From the NCBI GenBank assembly GCA_043228905.1, contig JBHGNT010000005.1, positions 15,562,001 through 15,626,000 on the forward strand: a stretch of DNA of 64,000 bases. The letters run 5' to 3'. The DNA comes from Azolla caroliniana (lineage: Eukaryota; Plantae; Polypodiophyta). Numbering within the stretch: the first letter of the stretch is position 1; each line of letters begins with the position of its first letter. The position numbers were made by a program, and so were the translations under genes. The notes under the pieces were generated by a model. It was not told the origin of the DNA and searched no databases. It saw only the letters and a list, made by a program, of their open reading frames with translations. Below, in pieces: positions 1 through 11,788 of the stretch.

Positions 1-616
1 GAAGTGAAGGGGGAGTTTGTTGGGATTACGGTCCCTTCGGATGGGATGGTCGGATGTCGGAGATGAATGCCGACAAGCCCGGTTTCGGTTTCGGAACCGG
101 ATGATGAAGACCCCGACTTCGGAGCCGGACGACGAATGTACCCGGAGAGAGATCCGGATGCGGGGACATATCTGTGAATATGTTTGCCAAGGGCCCTTGA
201 GGCTATAGTTGTAAATAGCCCCAAAGTCATATGTGTATAAATATGACTTAGGGCAAACAGTTTTAATGTTGCTACTCATTTTTCTATTTTTCCACTCAAG
301 AGGAGTGAAGAGAGAGCAGCCGTGAGAGAGATAGAGCGTGAGAGAGGAAGAGGTCGACGCCTCTGTGTATTTCCGCCGCCTATGGCGAGGACAGCGTGCT
401 CAAGGTCGTCGCCTTGCAGCTCGCCATTGTATACTTCTCTGTGCATAGTTTTGGTTTGGAGTCTTGTACTCCCGTGGTTTTTCCCGTACAGGGTTTTCCA
501 CGTTAAATCGTGTGTCCACTCTATTTTTCGCATTTCCTATTTTCTGCAACAACGATTCGTGTGTTTCCTTGGTTGTGGCCGAGAGGTGAAGTTTGGAAAG
601 TGACGATTATTTTCCA
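1..616 (+). mobile_element. 3' end of a Ty1/copia element (PPT 1-17, 3' LTR 18-616), same family as the 11789-17200 element
   Basis: GAAGTGAAGGGGGAGTT followed by TGTTGGGATTACGGTCCC is the reverse complement of the PPT/LTR junction at 12450-12467. The LTR body aligns by eye to that LTR and ends ...TTTCCA at 616, directly against the gag-only element sequence it interrupts. Confidence 0.85.
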
Positions 617-3392
617 TCAGTAATGCATGCTTCGTGTTATGCCCTTCATCCACCGTAGACCTAACCTCCGCGTCGGCCACTTCTTCCTTTGTTGCCGTAG
701 CTCGTTCCGACTCGGGATTGCCATCTTGGACCCGCTCGTCCATCATCTCATACCGAATACCCGTTCCGATAACTTTGTCCGCTTCGGCCTCCGACTCCTC
801 GCCGCCACCCGCCGTCTCTCCGGTCTCACGTTGATCCGCAACCGCCAAAGTCTCTAGAATGGGTGTGGAAGGTCCCTCTCGCTCTCGGTCTTCCACCAAG
901 CCGTGATCACCGTACCTGCTAGGCCTCCTCAATACGCTCACTGGCTCTCGTCGCGTTTTGTGATCCGTCCTCCCCGATCTCCAATCGGACCGGCATAGCC
1001 TTCGCTCGGATCGGTCTCGACCGATCGTGATCTGGTTCGGTCCTCTCTCTTTCACAATTGTCACCGACCGAACGATTCCGACCTTGCCGACTCTTCTTCA
1101 GTTTGGGCCCGGTTCGCCGGCCCTCGCTCCATTCTTCTTTCGCACTGTCTTCCGATTCCCAACTCTCCCCTTTCCACTCCCGACCTCTCTGTCGATCCTG
1201 TCGTATATGCCCGTTCCGGGCCTCGCATCCTCATCTTCGTACGTACTCGCTCCGGGCCACGCCTCCTCACGGCCACCGCCCATCTCTCTGGTCTCACGTT
1301 GACACTTGGGCACAACCGCTGAAGTCTCCGGCCCCGGTGTCGAGGGGTCTTGCCTCCGTCCGCTCCAATCTTCCTCGTCGTCATTTCGGTCACCCGCCTT
1401 GCCGCCGCCACCGCCTGTCACTGTAGGCCACACGCCGCCACTCGGAGCCTCTAGGACTGGTGTGGGTAAGGTCCCGGCACCTCCACTCGTCGTTGTTGTA
1501 GCCGCCTCCGTCCGGACGTCGTTGTTCGCGGCTCCCCCATCTCCGATTCCGCAAGCCTCGATTATGCTTGCCACCCCTTCTTCCTCGCTTTCCTTGCCAT
1601 TGTCTTGGTTTCCCTCCTTTCCAAGCCAACCGCCGGAGCCTCTAGGACCGGTGTGGGTAAGGACTCAGCACCGCCACTCGTTTTGTTCGTAGCCACCTCC
1701 ATTCGGTCATCGTCATCTGTGGCTACCTCGTCTCCATTTATGCTTGCCGCCACCTCTTCCTCGTCGTTCTCGCTGTTGTGGTTGCCCGCCTTGCTGCCGC
1801 CACCGCTCGTCGCTCTAGGTCTCATGCCGGCGCTCGGGCCAGCCACCGGAGCCTCTAGGACCGGTGTGGGTAAGGACCCGGCACCGCCGCTCGTTGTGTT
1901 CGTAGCCGCCTCCGTTCGGATGTCGTTGTCCGCGGCTAACCCGCCTCCGATTATGCAAGCCTCAATTACGCTTGCCGCCTCCCCTTCGTCGTCGTTTCGG
2001 CCACCCGCCTTCCCGCTTGATGTTTTGGGCCACCGTGCCCCGAATCCTCCGCCCACTCTCAAATTGGCGCTTCCCGCTCCGTAGTCATTGGCCTCATCCA
2101 TGGTTGTCCATTCGTCACAAGACGAGAGGGTCGCTCGCTCCACACCCTCTCCCATGTCGCCGTTGCACGCTCTTTCGGCCTCCGCATAGGCCTCGTCCTC
2201 CACGCGTATGGAGGCTTCTTACTCCACATCCTTCGATCCGCTTGGGCCCAACTCCGTAATAAGCCCTTCCTCGGCTTCGAACTTCACCTTCACGCTCTCG
2301 CACGCCTCCCATACCAATGCCTCAAAGTCGTACTCCTCTGGTTGATTACGCGTCAAGCTCCTTTTCGGTGGTGGTGTGTAGCCGCCCACCGCCCTCTCTT
2401 TTCCGTCACTCGCGGGCCAAGTCGTTGCCGACTGCTCCCCATCATATTGCCGGCATACCCACTTTGGTTTCGTGTATCCGTATGCCTCCATTAGAGCTCC
2501 CTCGAAGGACTCCCACGACTCGTGAGCTTCTTGAAGCTCCTTGACCTCTTTATGCACCGATACGGCCGCCACTCAATGAAAATACTCTAGCCGCATCGCC
2601 TCGTCCACACCCCCTTTCGCCATCTCGGCCTTGTAGGCTCCCCAAAATTTTGGGACCTCATTCCCATTGAACCGGCCGACTCGATCGACCACCCTTTCGA
2701 TGGCTTGTTGAGCCGCATCTCGCTTCGCCATCTTCCGTCCTGCTTCCATCACGATCTTTGCCATCATCTCCTCGAAGTCAAAGTCTTCTTCCATCTCCAT
2801 GCTCCCTTGCCGCCCTTCACGTCGGGTTCACCAAAGATGTCGCGTTGTTACGCGCGTGCGTGTAGAAGGGGCGGGACCACGAGGGTCTTGGACTAGGGAG
2901 TGGAGGAGAAAGAATAAGACACAAAAGGGAAGCTTAGCTCAAGAGGGGATGAGAAAGAATAAGACAATAACATAGAATAGATGGAGGCAAGATACTCAAC
3001 AAGTTAGTTTAAAGAAACATAAACGCTTTACAATGTTGGCCGCCATGGCCGCACCAAACGACTATGAGAAAACCCTAGAAGAATAAGCAAGTAGCGAAGT
3101 ATAGTAAAACCCTAACTGAAACCCAAGAAGAAAACCCTAACCAAAACCCTAAAACCGAATAGGAAACCCTTGACCTAAGTGGTATGCCTCTCCCTCAAAA
3201 TAGGCAACCCCTTCATAAGTGACCCCTCCCTTCCTTTTATAGCCCAAGGGAGGGGGGGACCTTACAATGTGGGATAAAATCCCCCCTCTTATTTCTATAC
3301 ACCATTTCCTAGTATACATGTTCACATGGTGCACACCACCGATTTGCCTATTCCACCCCGGTTTCCGCCTATGGACAAAAATCTTCACGACA
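617..3392 (-). mobile_element. Degraded copy of the gag-only (TR-GAG-like) gypsy family; 5' LTR 2838-3392, tRNA-Trp PBS 2816-2833, broken repeat-rich ORF 617-2800
   Basis: LTR ends TGTCGCGTTGTTACGCGCG...AATCTTCACGACA are shared with 52508-57984. The PBS TTCACGTCGGGTTCACCA is identical. ORF fragments (MEMEEDFDFEEMMAKI, HESWESFEGALMEAYG, GGAGSLPTPVLEAP) are homologous to the 1357-aa ORF but broken by stops and frameshifts. Confidence 0.85.
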
Positions 3393-6300
3393 TTGTTTTT
3401 TTGGACCTTTTCAAGTCCTCAAATGCATTGGTTCATCAGCCTATCGCCTCGCTCTTCCCGATGGCATTGAAATTCATCCAGTTTTTCATGTAAGTCGTCT
3501 AAAAGAACTTCTAGGTTCTAGACGGTTACAATTGAAACTCTAGTTACTTCTAAAGAATTATCTTCTAAACCACATGTACCAGAAAGAATTCTCGATGTTA
3601 AAACCAAAATCTGCGTACTAAAATAATACGAGAATTTAAAATTAAATGGATGGATAAATCTATCAAAGATGCCACATGGGAACGTGAAAATACTCTTAGA
3701 ACTAACTTCCCTAATTTTCCATTGCAAGAGTGCAATGTTTTAAAGAGTGGGAGTATGCTACGAGCATGACCATATAATATCTGGTGGTGAGAATTTACCG
3801 TAGTATTCTATACACGTGGGTTAAACGAGACTGTAAAGAAGGGGAGGAGTACTTTTAATCCTCGAGATTGAGACAACCCATTAGGCTAAGTGTGAACTTG
3901 CTTGGGGGCCTTGGGTCTCGCTATAAATATGAGGTGTAGTTACCCTCATTGGATCATCTCTTGACTACGTCGAGACTCTGTTTCATGGTGGGTCAACTCC
4001 TGTAGCGAGTGTGCCAGCACCAGGTACGACTTGACGCCACGACGGTGGTATGGGGCGTCGATCGAGGCTCGAGTGAATCTCGATCCCTTTGCTCGGGGGT
4101 GGTTGGGTGGATCGTGTTGGGAAATCGGTCCCTCTGGATGGGATCTGGCTGTGAATGAAGAGATCTGGAAACCGGATCGGATGGACCCGATGAGAACTGG
4201 AAGAGAAGACAGATTTGTAAATATGTCTTGAGTAAGCCTATTGAGGCTACATTTGTAAATAGCCCTAAGTTCATATAAGTATAAATATGACTTAGGGCAA
4301 TCACTTTATGCGTAAGTGAGAGTTGTATGTTGTAGTTTTTCATATCGTTGTAATTGTTGTACAGAGATAGATAGAGAGGGAGAGAGTGTGAGATACAGAG
4401 GGATACTCTGTTGTAACCGCCAGTTGGCAAAGATATAGAGCTCGAGGTTGTTGCCTCCGAGGCTCTGATTGTACCTTTGTCCTATAGTGATAGTTGGAGT
4501 CTGTGGGCTCTCGTGGTTTTTTCGCATTTAGGGTTTTCCACGTAAACATCCTGTGCATTTCCGTTGTCTACTCTCGACTACCCATTTCTGTGCTCTCCAT
4601 TCTCATCGAAGTGATTCAAGACTCGGTTTTGACCGAGCAATATTCCGCGTGATTCTCTTCAAACTGGTATCAGAGTGAACAAAACAGGAAACAGAAGAAT
4701 CGTTTGGCGGCATGTTCAAGCTCACCGGCTCCAACTACTCAATGTGGAAGTTGAAGATGAGGGATATGCTGGTGGGTTAAAGATCTTTGGTTTCCGGTTC
4801 AGTTCGGGGACAAGAGACCGGACAAGATCGACGCCACAGTGTGGGAGGTGATGCACATGAAGACTACTACGGCATACATCTGGTGCTTCATCAACATTAG
4901 CCTGTACAACAACTTGAATGAAGAGAGCAAGGCTCATGAAATCTAGGAGAAGATCGGCATCATGTTCGAGAACAAGAATGCCGTTAATCGGGTTTCGGTA
5001 TTCCGGAAGCTAGTGAGGTTCCGGTACCAGGACGAATCCAGTATGGCGGAGCACATGAATTCCTTCTAGGGGCTGATACATCAAGCAACCTCTTTGGAAG
5101 TACCTCTCGCCGATGAGGTACTCGCATTGCTCCTGCTCAGTTCCCTCCCGGATAGGTGGGAGACATTAGTTGTCACGTTGGACAACGCCGGGCCAGAAGG
5201 AAAGCAGTTGTCCCAAGCAAGGGTAAAATTAAGCTTGCTAGATGAAGAAGCTCTCCAGAAGGACCAAGAGTCTGGAACTGATCCGAAGGCCTTGGTCATG
5301 GAAGATGACCACAACCGGGGAAGAGGCCGGTATCAGAATCCCCAAAACCGAGACAAATCGGGGAAGAGGCCGGTATCGGAGTCCCCAAAACCGAGACAAA
5401 TTGGGGACGAGGTCGAAGTCAAGGGGGAGGCCCATTTCCTTCTATTGCGGGAAGCCGAGACACTTCCAGAAGAACTGTCGACATTTCCGGTAGGAGAAAG
5501 AAACCGGCACTGTCGATTCGAAGAAGAGTTTGGACCGAAACGGTTGAGACTGGAGAGGCCCAGATTGGAAGGGAACGTTGGCAATCACGACAAGTGAAGA
5601 AGAATTGATGCTCATTACCTAAGAGAATGAGTTAAACCTTGTCGGCGACGAGACAACGAGGGTTTTCGATTCCGGAGCGTCGTTCCACCTGACACCGGTC
5701 GGAAATACTTCTGATCCTACATAACCGATGATCATGGTTGTGTCCGGATGGGGAATGAAGGTACATGCCAAATTATCAGCATAGGAGATGTGTTGTTGAA
5801 GACATCAACCGGATGCAAATTGCTACTGAAGGATGTCCGACACGTTCCGGAGGTTCGATTGAACTTGATATCTGTCGGTCGTCTAGATGATGAAGGCTAC
5901 ACGGGTAGCATCCGGAACGGAGTTATGAAGTTCAACAAGGGAAGCTTGATAGTGACTTGAGCCCGGAAGATCAACACATTGTACTTGATGAATGCCCAGA
6001 TATGCCGGGAACAAGTGAACATAGCATCTGACACTGCCGGTGAGCTGTTGCACACAAGACTGTGTCACATGAGTGAGAAGGGGATGAAGAGGCTTGCCGA
6101 AGACAACCTCATTCCGGTGAAGGACATGCAACTTGAGAAGTGCACCAATTGCTTGGTCGGCAAGCAAAACCGAACCTCCTTCCAGTCAAGACCACCGATG
6201 AGACGGAATGCACCACTTGAGCTGGTGCATACCGATGTGTGTCAAGTGGACACGAAGTCACATGCCGGATCACAGTACTTCGTGACATTCATTAGATGAC

Positions 6301-9300
6301 CACAACCAGAAGCTCTGTGTCTCACCATTGAAGACAAATGATAAAGTGTTATCCGTTTTCAAGGAACTCCACGCGAGAATGGAAAGAGAAACCGGCTGGA
6401 AGCTGAAGGCAGTTCGAGGAGTCTTGCTGGTCGAAAGGAATCCGGCTCGAATGTACCGTGCCGAAGATGCCGGAATTGAACAGGCTGACCGAAAGGATGA
6501 ATCGGACCATAATGGAGAGATTTTGGAGCATGCTCACACATGCCAAGTTACCCAAGTCATTTTGGGTTGAGGCGCTGACGACGGCAACCTATGTGATAAA
6601 CAAATCACCCTTAGTCCCCTTGGGAGGAGACTCACCTCAAAAAGTATGAACCGGTAAAGATGTGTCTTACCGGCATCTGAAGGTGTTCAGGTGTCTCACA
6701 TACGTGCATGTGGCAAAGGACAAGAGAGCAAAGTTGGATCCAAAGTCCCGGCCATGCATATTCCTTGGATACGGCGATGATAAGTTCAGTTACCGGGTGT
6801 GGGATTTGGTCAACAAGAAGGTGTTCCGGAGTCGGGACATAGTCTTCGTGGAAGACAAGACCATTGCCGACTGGGAGTTGGAGAAGAAGATGATCAACTC
6901 TGGATCATCCAATGAAAACCGTCTTGAGGACATAAGGACCTACCCGGTTGAAAACCAGATGACACTAGACGAACCGACCGGATACGAACAGGAATCCGAA
7001 CCGACCAAAGAAGAAGACGAAGAAGAAGAAGAAGACACCGGAACCAAACAAGATCCCGAATTGGATTCGGATTCGGAACAGACGGAAGAACTGGTCGTCA
7101 GAAACCAGGGATGGAGATATCCTCTCCGAGAGAGAAGAGCCCCCCGGAGATTTCCGGATGCAGAGCATGTGTTGCTAACCAAGGAGGGGGAGCTGGAAAG
7201 CTTTGAAGAAGCGAAGGGAGACACCCACAACCGCAAGTGGTTGAGTGCCATGCAAGATGAGATGGATTCCCTTCATGAGAACCACACATATGAATTGGTG
7301 GAGTTGCCGAAAGGAAATAGGGCACTCCGGAACAAGTGGGTGTACAAGCTAAAACCGGGAGATGCCGGAAATCCACTAAGGTATAAAATCCACTAAGGTA
7401 TAAGGCCCGAATCGTGGTGAAGCGCTTCCAGTAGAAGAAAGGAGTGGACTTCAATGCGATCTTTGCCCCAGTAGTAAAGATGACATCCATCCGGAGGGTA
7501 TTGGGCATAGTGGCAAGCATGGACCTCGAGGTAGAGCAATTGGATGTCAAGACGGCATTCCTACATGGCGACCTCGAAGAAGAAATCTACATGCATCAAC
7601 CAGAGGGATTTGAAAGGAAAGGGAAGGAGGTGTGTTAGCTGAAGAAGAGCCTATACGGACTGAAGCAAGCTTCCCAGCAATGGTACCAACAGTTTGACTT
7701 GTTCATGACCGACCAAGGGTACCACAAAATGCAAGCCGATCACTGTGTGTTTGTGATGAAATTTGATGAAGGAGATTTCTTGATACTCCTCCTGTATGTG
7801 GATGATATGATGATCGTCGAACAAGAACAAGGCAAGATTTGGATGTTGAAGAAGGCCCTGAACTGGACCTTCTCAATGAAAGACTTGGGACCGGCAAGAC
7901 AGATATTGGGAATGCACATCATCCGGGACCGGTCAAAGAAGCTATTGTGGTTGTGACAGGAGAAGTACGTGACGAAGGTGCTTCAATAGTTCAACATGTC
8001 GGAGGCAAAACCAGTTGGATCGACACTTCTGGCAAACTGCAAGCTATTCGGAAAACAAAGCCCGAGAACAAAGGCGGAGAAGGCGGATATGATGAAGATA
8101 CCATATGCCTCTACAATCGGTAGCTTGATGTACGCGATGGTATGTACCCGGCCGAATATCGGATATGCAGTCGGAGTGGTGAGCCATTTCATGAGCAATC
8201 CTAGCAAAGAGCACTGGAACGCGGTCAAGTGAATACTCTAGTACTTGAAAGGCATGTCGAGTATGTGCCTCCGGTTCAGCTCTAGTAATCCCCAACTTGA
8301 CAGATTCACGGATTCAGATATGTCGGCTGATGCGAATACCAGCCGGTCTACGTCCGGATATGTCATGACCTATGTAGGGGGAGCTATATCATGGCAGTCG
8401 AGGCTGTAGAAGACGGTTACATTGTCAACCACAGACGCGAAGTACATGGCAACTGTAGAAGCCAGCAAGGAGATAATCTAGATGAAGGACTTCATCGAAG
8501 AGCTAGGGATCCAACAGGAGGAATACCTGCTCTACTGCGATAGTCAAAGTGCCATCTAGCTTGCAAAGAACGCGGCCTACCATTCCTAGACGAAACATAT
8601 CCAGCGGAGGTACCACTGGATCTACGAGAGAGTAGAAGATCATTAGTTCATGTTGACGAAGATCCACACGGAGGAGAACGGGTCGGATATGCTGACCAAG
8701 GTGTTGAAGACCAACAAGTTGGACACGTACTGAAAGCGGATCAGGCTAACAAGACATCCTATGCCGGAGCGAAGGGGGAGATTGTTGGGAAATCGGTCCC
8801 TCCTGATGGGATCCGGCTATGAATGAAGAGATCCGGAAACCGGATTGCATGGACCAGGTGAGAACCGGAAGAGAAGACAGATTTGTAAATATGTCTTGAG
8901 TAAGTCTATTGAGGCTACATAAATATGTCCTGAGTAAGCCTATTGAGGCTACATTTGTAAATAGCCCTAAGTTCATATAAGTATAAATATGATTTAGGGC
9001 AATCACTTTATGCGTAAGTGAGAGTTGAATGTTGTAGTTTTTCATATCGTTGTAACTATTGTACAAAGACAGATAGAGAGGGAGAGAGTGTGAGATACAA
9101 AGGGATACTCTTTTGTAACCGCCGGTTGGCAAAGATATAGAGCTCGAGGTCATTGCCTCCGAGGCTCTGATTGTACCTTTGTCCTATAGTGATAGTTGGA
9201 GTCCATGGGCTCCCGTGGTATTTTCCCATTTAGGGTTTTCCACGTAAACATCTTGTGTATTTCCTTTGTGTACTCTCGACTTCCCATTTCTGTGTTCTCC

Positions 9301-9450
9301 ATTCTCATCGAAGTGATTCAAGAGTTGGTTGTGGTCGAGCAATATTCCGCGTGATTCTCTTCAGATCGGCACCCTTCTTTCTCTCTCTCCTTTCTTATTT
9401 ATCTATCCTATATCCTTATCATATACTTACATTAGATTATCACTCTAACA
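3393..9450 (+). mobile_element. 3' end of a gypsy chromovirus: integrase C-terminus/chromodomain remnant (about 3393-3740), PPT, and 3' LTR 3756-9450 interrupted by the copia at 4115-9363
   Basis: Plus-strand translation gives IHPVFHVSRLKELL...PERILDVKTK...FKIKWMDKSIKDATWE. The purine tract AAAGAGTGGGAGTA precedes TGCTACGAGC. The two LTR halves (3756-4114, 9364-9450, ending CTCTAACA) match the solo LTR at 28629-28955. Confidence 0.75.
4115..9363 (+). mobile_element. Full-length degenerate Ty1/copia element; LTRs 4115-4661 and 8783-9363, tRNA-iMet PBS 4665-4675, TSD GATCG
   Basis: TG...CA LTRs; GATCG at 4110-4114 and 9364-9368; PBS TGGTATCAGAG; PPT GAAGGGGGAGA before 8783. Gag-PR-INT-RT-RH order with motifs CGKPRH, ELVHTDVC, LDVKTAFLHG and LLLYVDD, broken by many stops and frameshifts. 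Confidence 0.95.
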
Positions 9451-9639
9451 CTTGTGAATGCAAATGTGTTTTTCGGATACCTGTCCGGATGCCTTCCGGC
9501 CGGTCCAGGTCCGAATTGGGGTCTGGGTCTGGGTCTAGGTCCGGTCTCTATCTCCTTCTGACCTATCTGATCGGGTTCTTGAACTTCAAAGTCAAATCCA
9601 CCTCGTGCTCATCCCATTTGGAGGGACCTATCTCCTAAC
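9451..9639 (-). mobile_element. Partial copia-type LTR (host of the chromovirus insertion)
   Basis: Ends CATCCCATTTGGAGGGACCTATCTCCTAACA, resembling the reverse complement of the copia LTR starts TGTTGGGAAATCGGTCCCTC and TGTTGGGATTACGGTCCCTC. Contains CCGG-rich repeats like those LTRs. Confidence 0.55.
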
Positions 9640-11788
9640 ACTACACATCCTCGAAGGATTGGGATTTTATGCTCAATTGACCTTTGTAGTGGAAGACTTT
9701 TGGGTAGCTCCCATGTTAATACATCCTCGTATTGCTCTAATATTTCCTTGATTTTCTCTACCCTTAGTTATACCTTCCTCACAGTTGTTGTGATGCTTGG
9801 AGTGTGGTGCAAAGAAAAAGTTGACCACCCTTCCTCAAGACTCGGTTTGCTATTTTTACCGTGCAAAGTTTTGCAATCACGATTGTTTCCTTTGCCTTTG
9901 TATTCCTCATACACATGCTTACAGTAACACCCGCCTTGCCATCTTCGTTATCTAATAACCCCTTATCTACCATTTTGCCGAATTGGTTGATGACGTACTT
10001 GTCCACCAATTCTAGACCTAAGATCACTTAGCACCCATCCATGTCCACCACTAGAAAAGGTGTCCGGCCCTTCCATTCTCCCGCTTCAAAGATATCCACG
10101 GCCAATGAACACTTCTTAGTGTATTCCTACACAAAACTCACAGAGATGTTGGTTAAAGGCTACAATTTTAATCCCCACTTCCTGGTGTGTGCAAGTGTTA
10201 TGAAGTTGTGTGTTGCTCCATTGTCTACCATTGCCTCACAACTATGTCCATTAATTTTTATGTTGAGAAAGAGATTACTTGTGTTGTTGAGTTTGATTGT
10301 GAGATAGGTGGGTCATGCGGTGGCAGCTATTGCACGTACAACAACTTCTTCTCCTTCTTCATCATATTGTGTTGTTATTGCTTCCATGTCTTGCGTGAAA
10401 CCTTCCTCGAGTTCTGTTAACTCGAGTTGCGAGGTGGTTGTCTATATGGTTAGTTGCTTCCTTTTTGGACAATTAGATGCCAAGTGAGGGCCTCCACACT
10501 CAAAACAACCTCTCTTAATTAGTGGGACTCCCCAATTTTCCTCCTCCCATGCTAGTTGTCCAACTCGATCTAATTGGATCCCCTCATGTTATTCCTCTTG
10601 CTATTGAGCTGGTGGTAGTCATCCACCCACGATTGTTAGGTGTACTTCCTATATTGTTGTAGAAAGGTTGGGAGCTCCCTTCTATATCAGGTCCTATCCT
10701 TTCTCCCACCCTCATGGCTTCCTCACAAGTGTGTGGGTTCACCTTCTCTACCTCTAGCATGATGTGAGGCTCAAATCCAGTTAGGAACTTGTGGAGTTTG
10801 GGGATTTGACGAAGATGCAACAACTGCAATGTCACCTGGCGGTACCTGTCAGTATACATTATGAGTTGCCCGTCCCCTTGTCTCAACATCCTCCATTCAT
10901 CCATGATACGGAGATGTTCATTTTGTGGTATGAAGCAATGACACAACTCCCGTTTGAACTCCGTCCAAGGCATGAACTCAAACACGCTTTCTCCGCATGT
11001 TGGCCCATGATCCAAAAAAAACATGGAGACCATCACCCACAAGTCGGGTTCTACCTGACTTTGGACAAGGAATAGTTTGGTTTCCCTGATCCATCTTGTA
11101 AGTAACACTAAGTTCCTCTCCCCACATACATTTTTGGTTTGTTAGGCTTGAATGATCCCAAGTTGTTGTGGCGGTTATCAGCATTACCTACTTCCAACCT
11201 ATGCATGATCTCCTCCAAATGCCCCAGTCCTCCTTATGCGTGGCTTCTCCTTGTAGCTCTCCCATTTGCACGCTCGATCCCTCTTCTTCTCTCTACCATC
11301 TCTAATCTTCCATACTGCGCCTTTCGCTCTCTAATTCCCTGCCCTCTTGGTTGTCTCTGTCTAGTGCGATCTGCCCCAATGGTGTGCCTCCTCCATTCCT
11401 TGGCTCCCTCAAGTTGATCCCTCTTCTCTACCTTCTTTTTGCCATTGGTTAGCTAAAAGGGGGGCGGAAATCAGTCTAATATCTTTGTGGTTACCTTGAC
11501 TCCTTCCATGGTGTTCGTTTGCCACTTCTTCGTACTCTATTTTCCTTGATTCTTCAATATCCTCTTGTTCGAATGGCCTACCAATCCTAACCTAGCTCTG
11601 ATACCAAGTTTTACACCAATGGCACAGAATGAGAGGAAACAGTACATTCAATGGAAGTGGAAAACATAAACAGTAAGTACTAACAACTAATGACACTAAA
11701 TTTCCCCATCGGGAACCCCCCATTGAGGATCACAACTACTTCCTTAAATAGAGTTTTATTGGAATCCCAAACATTCGTGAGATGAAAC

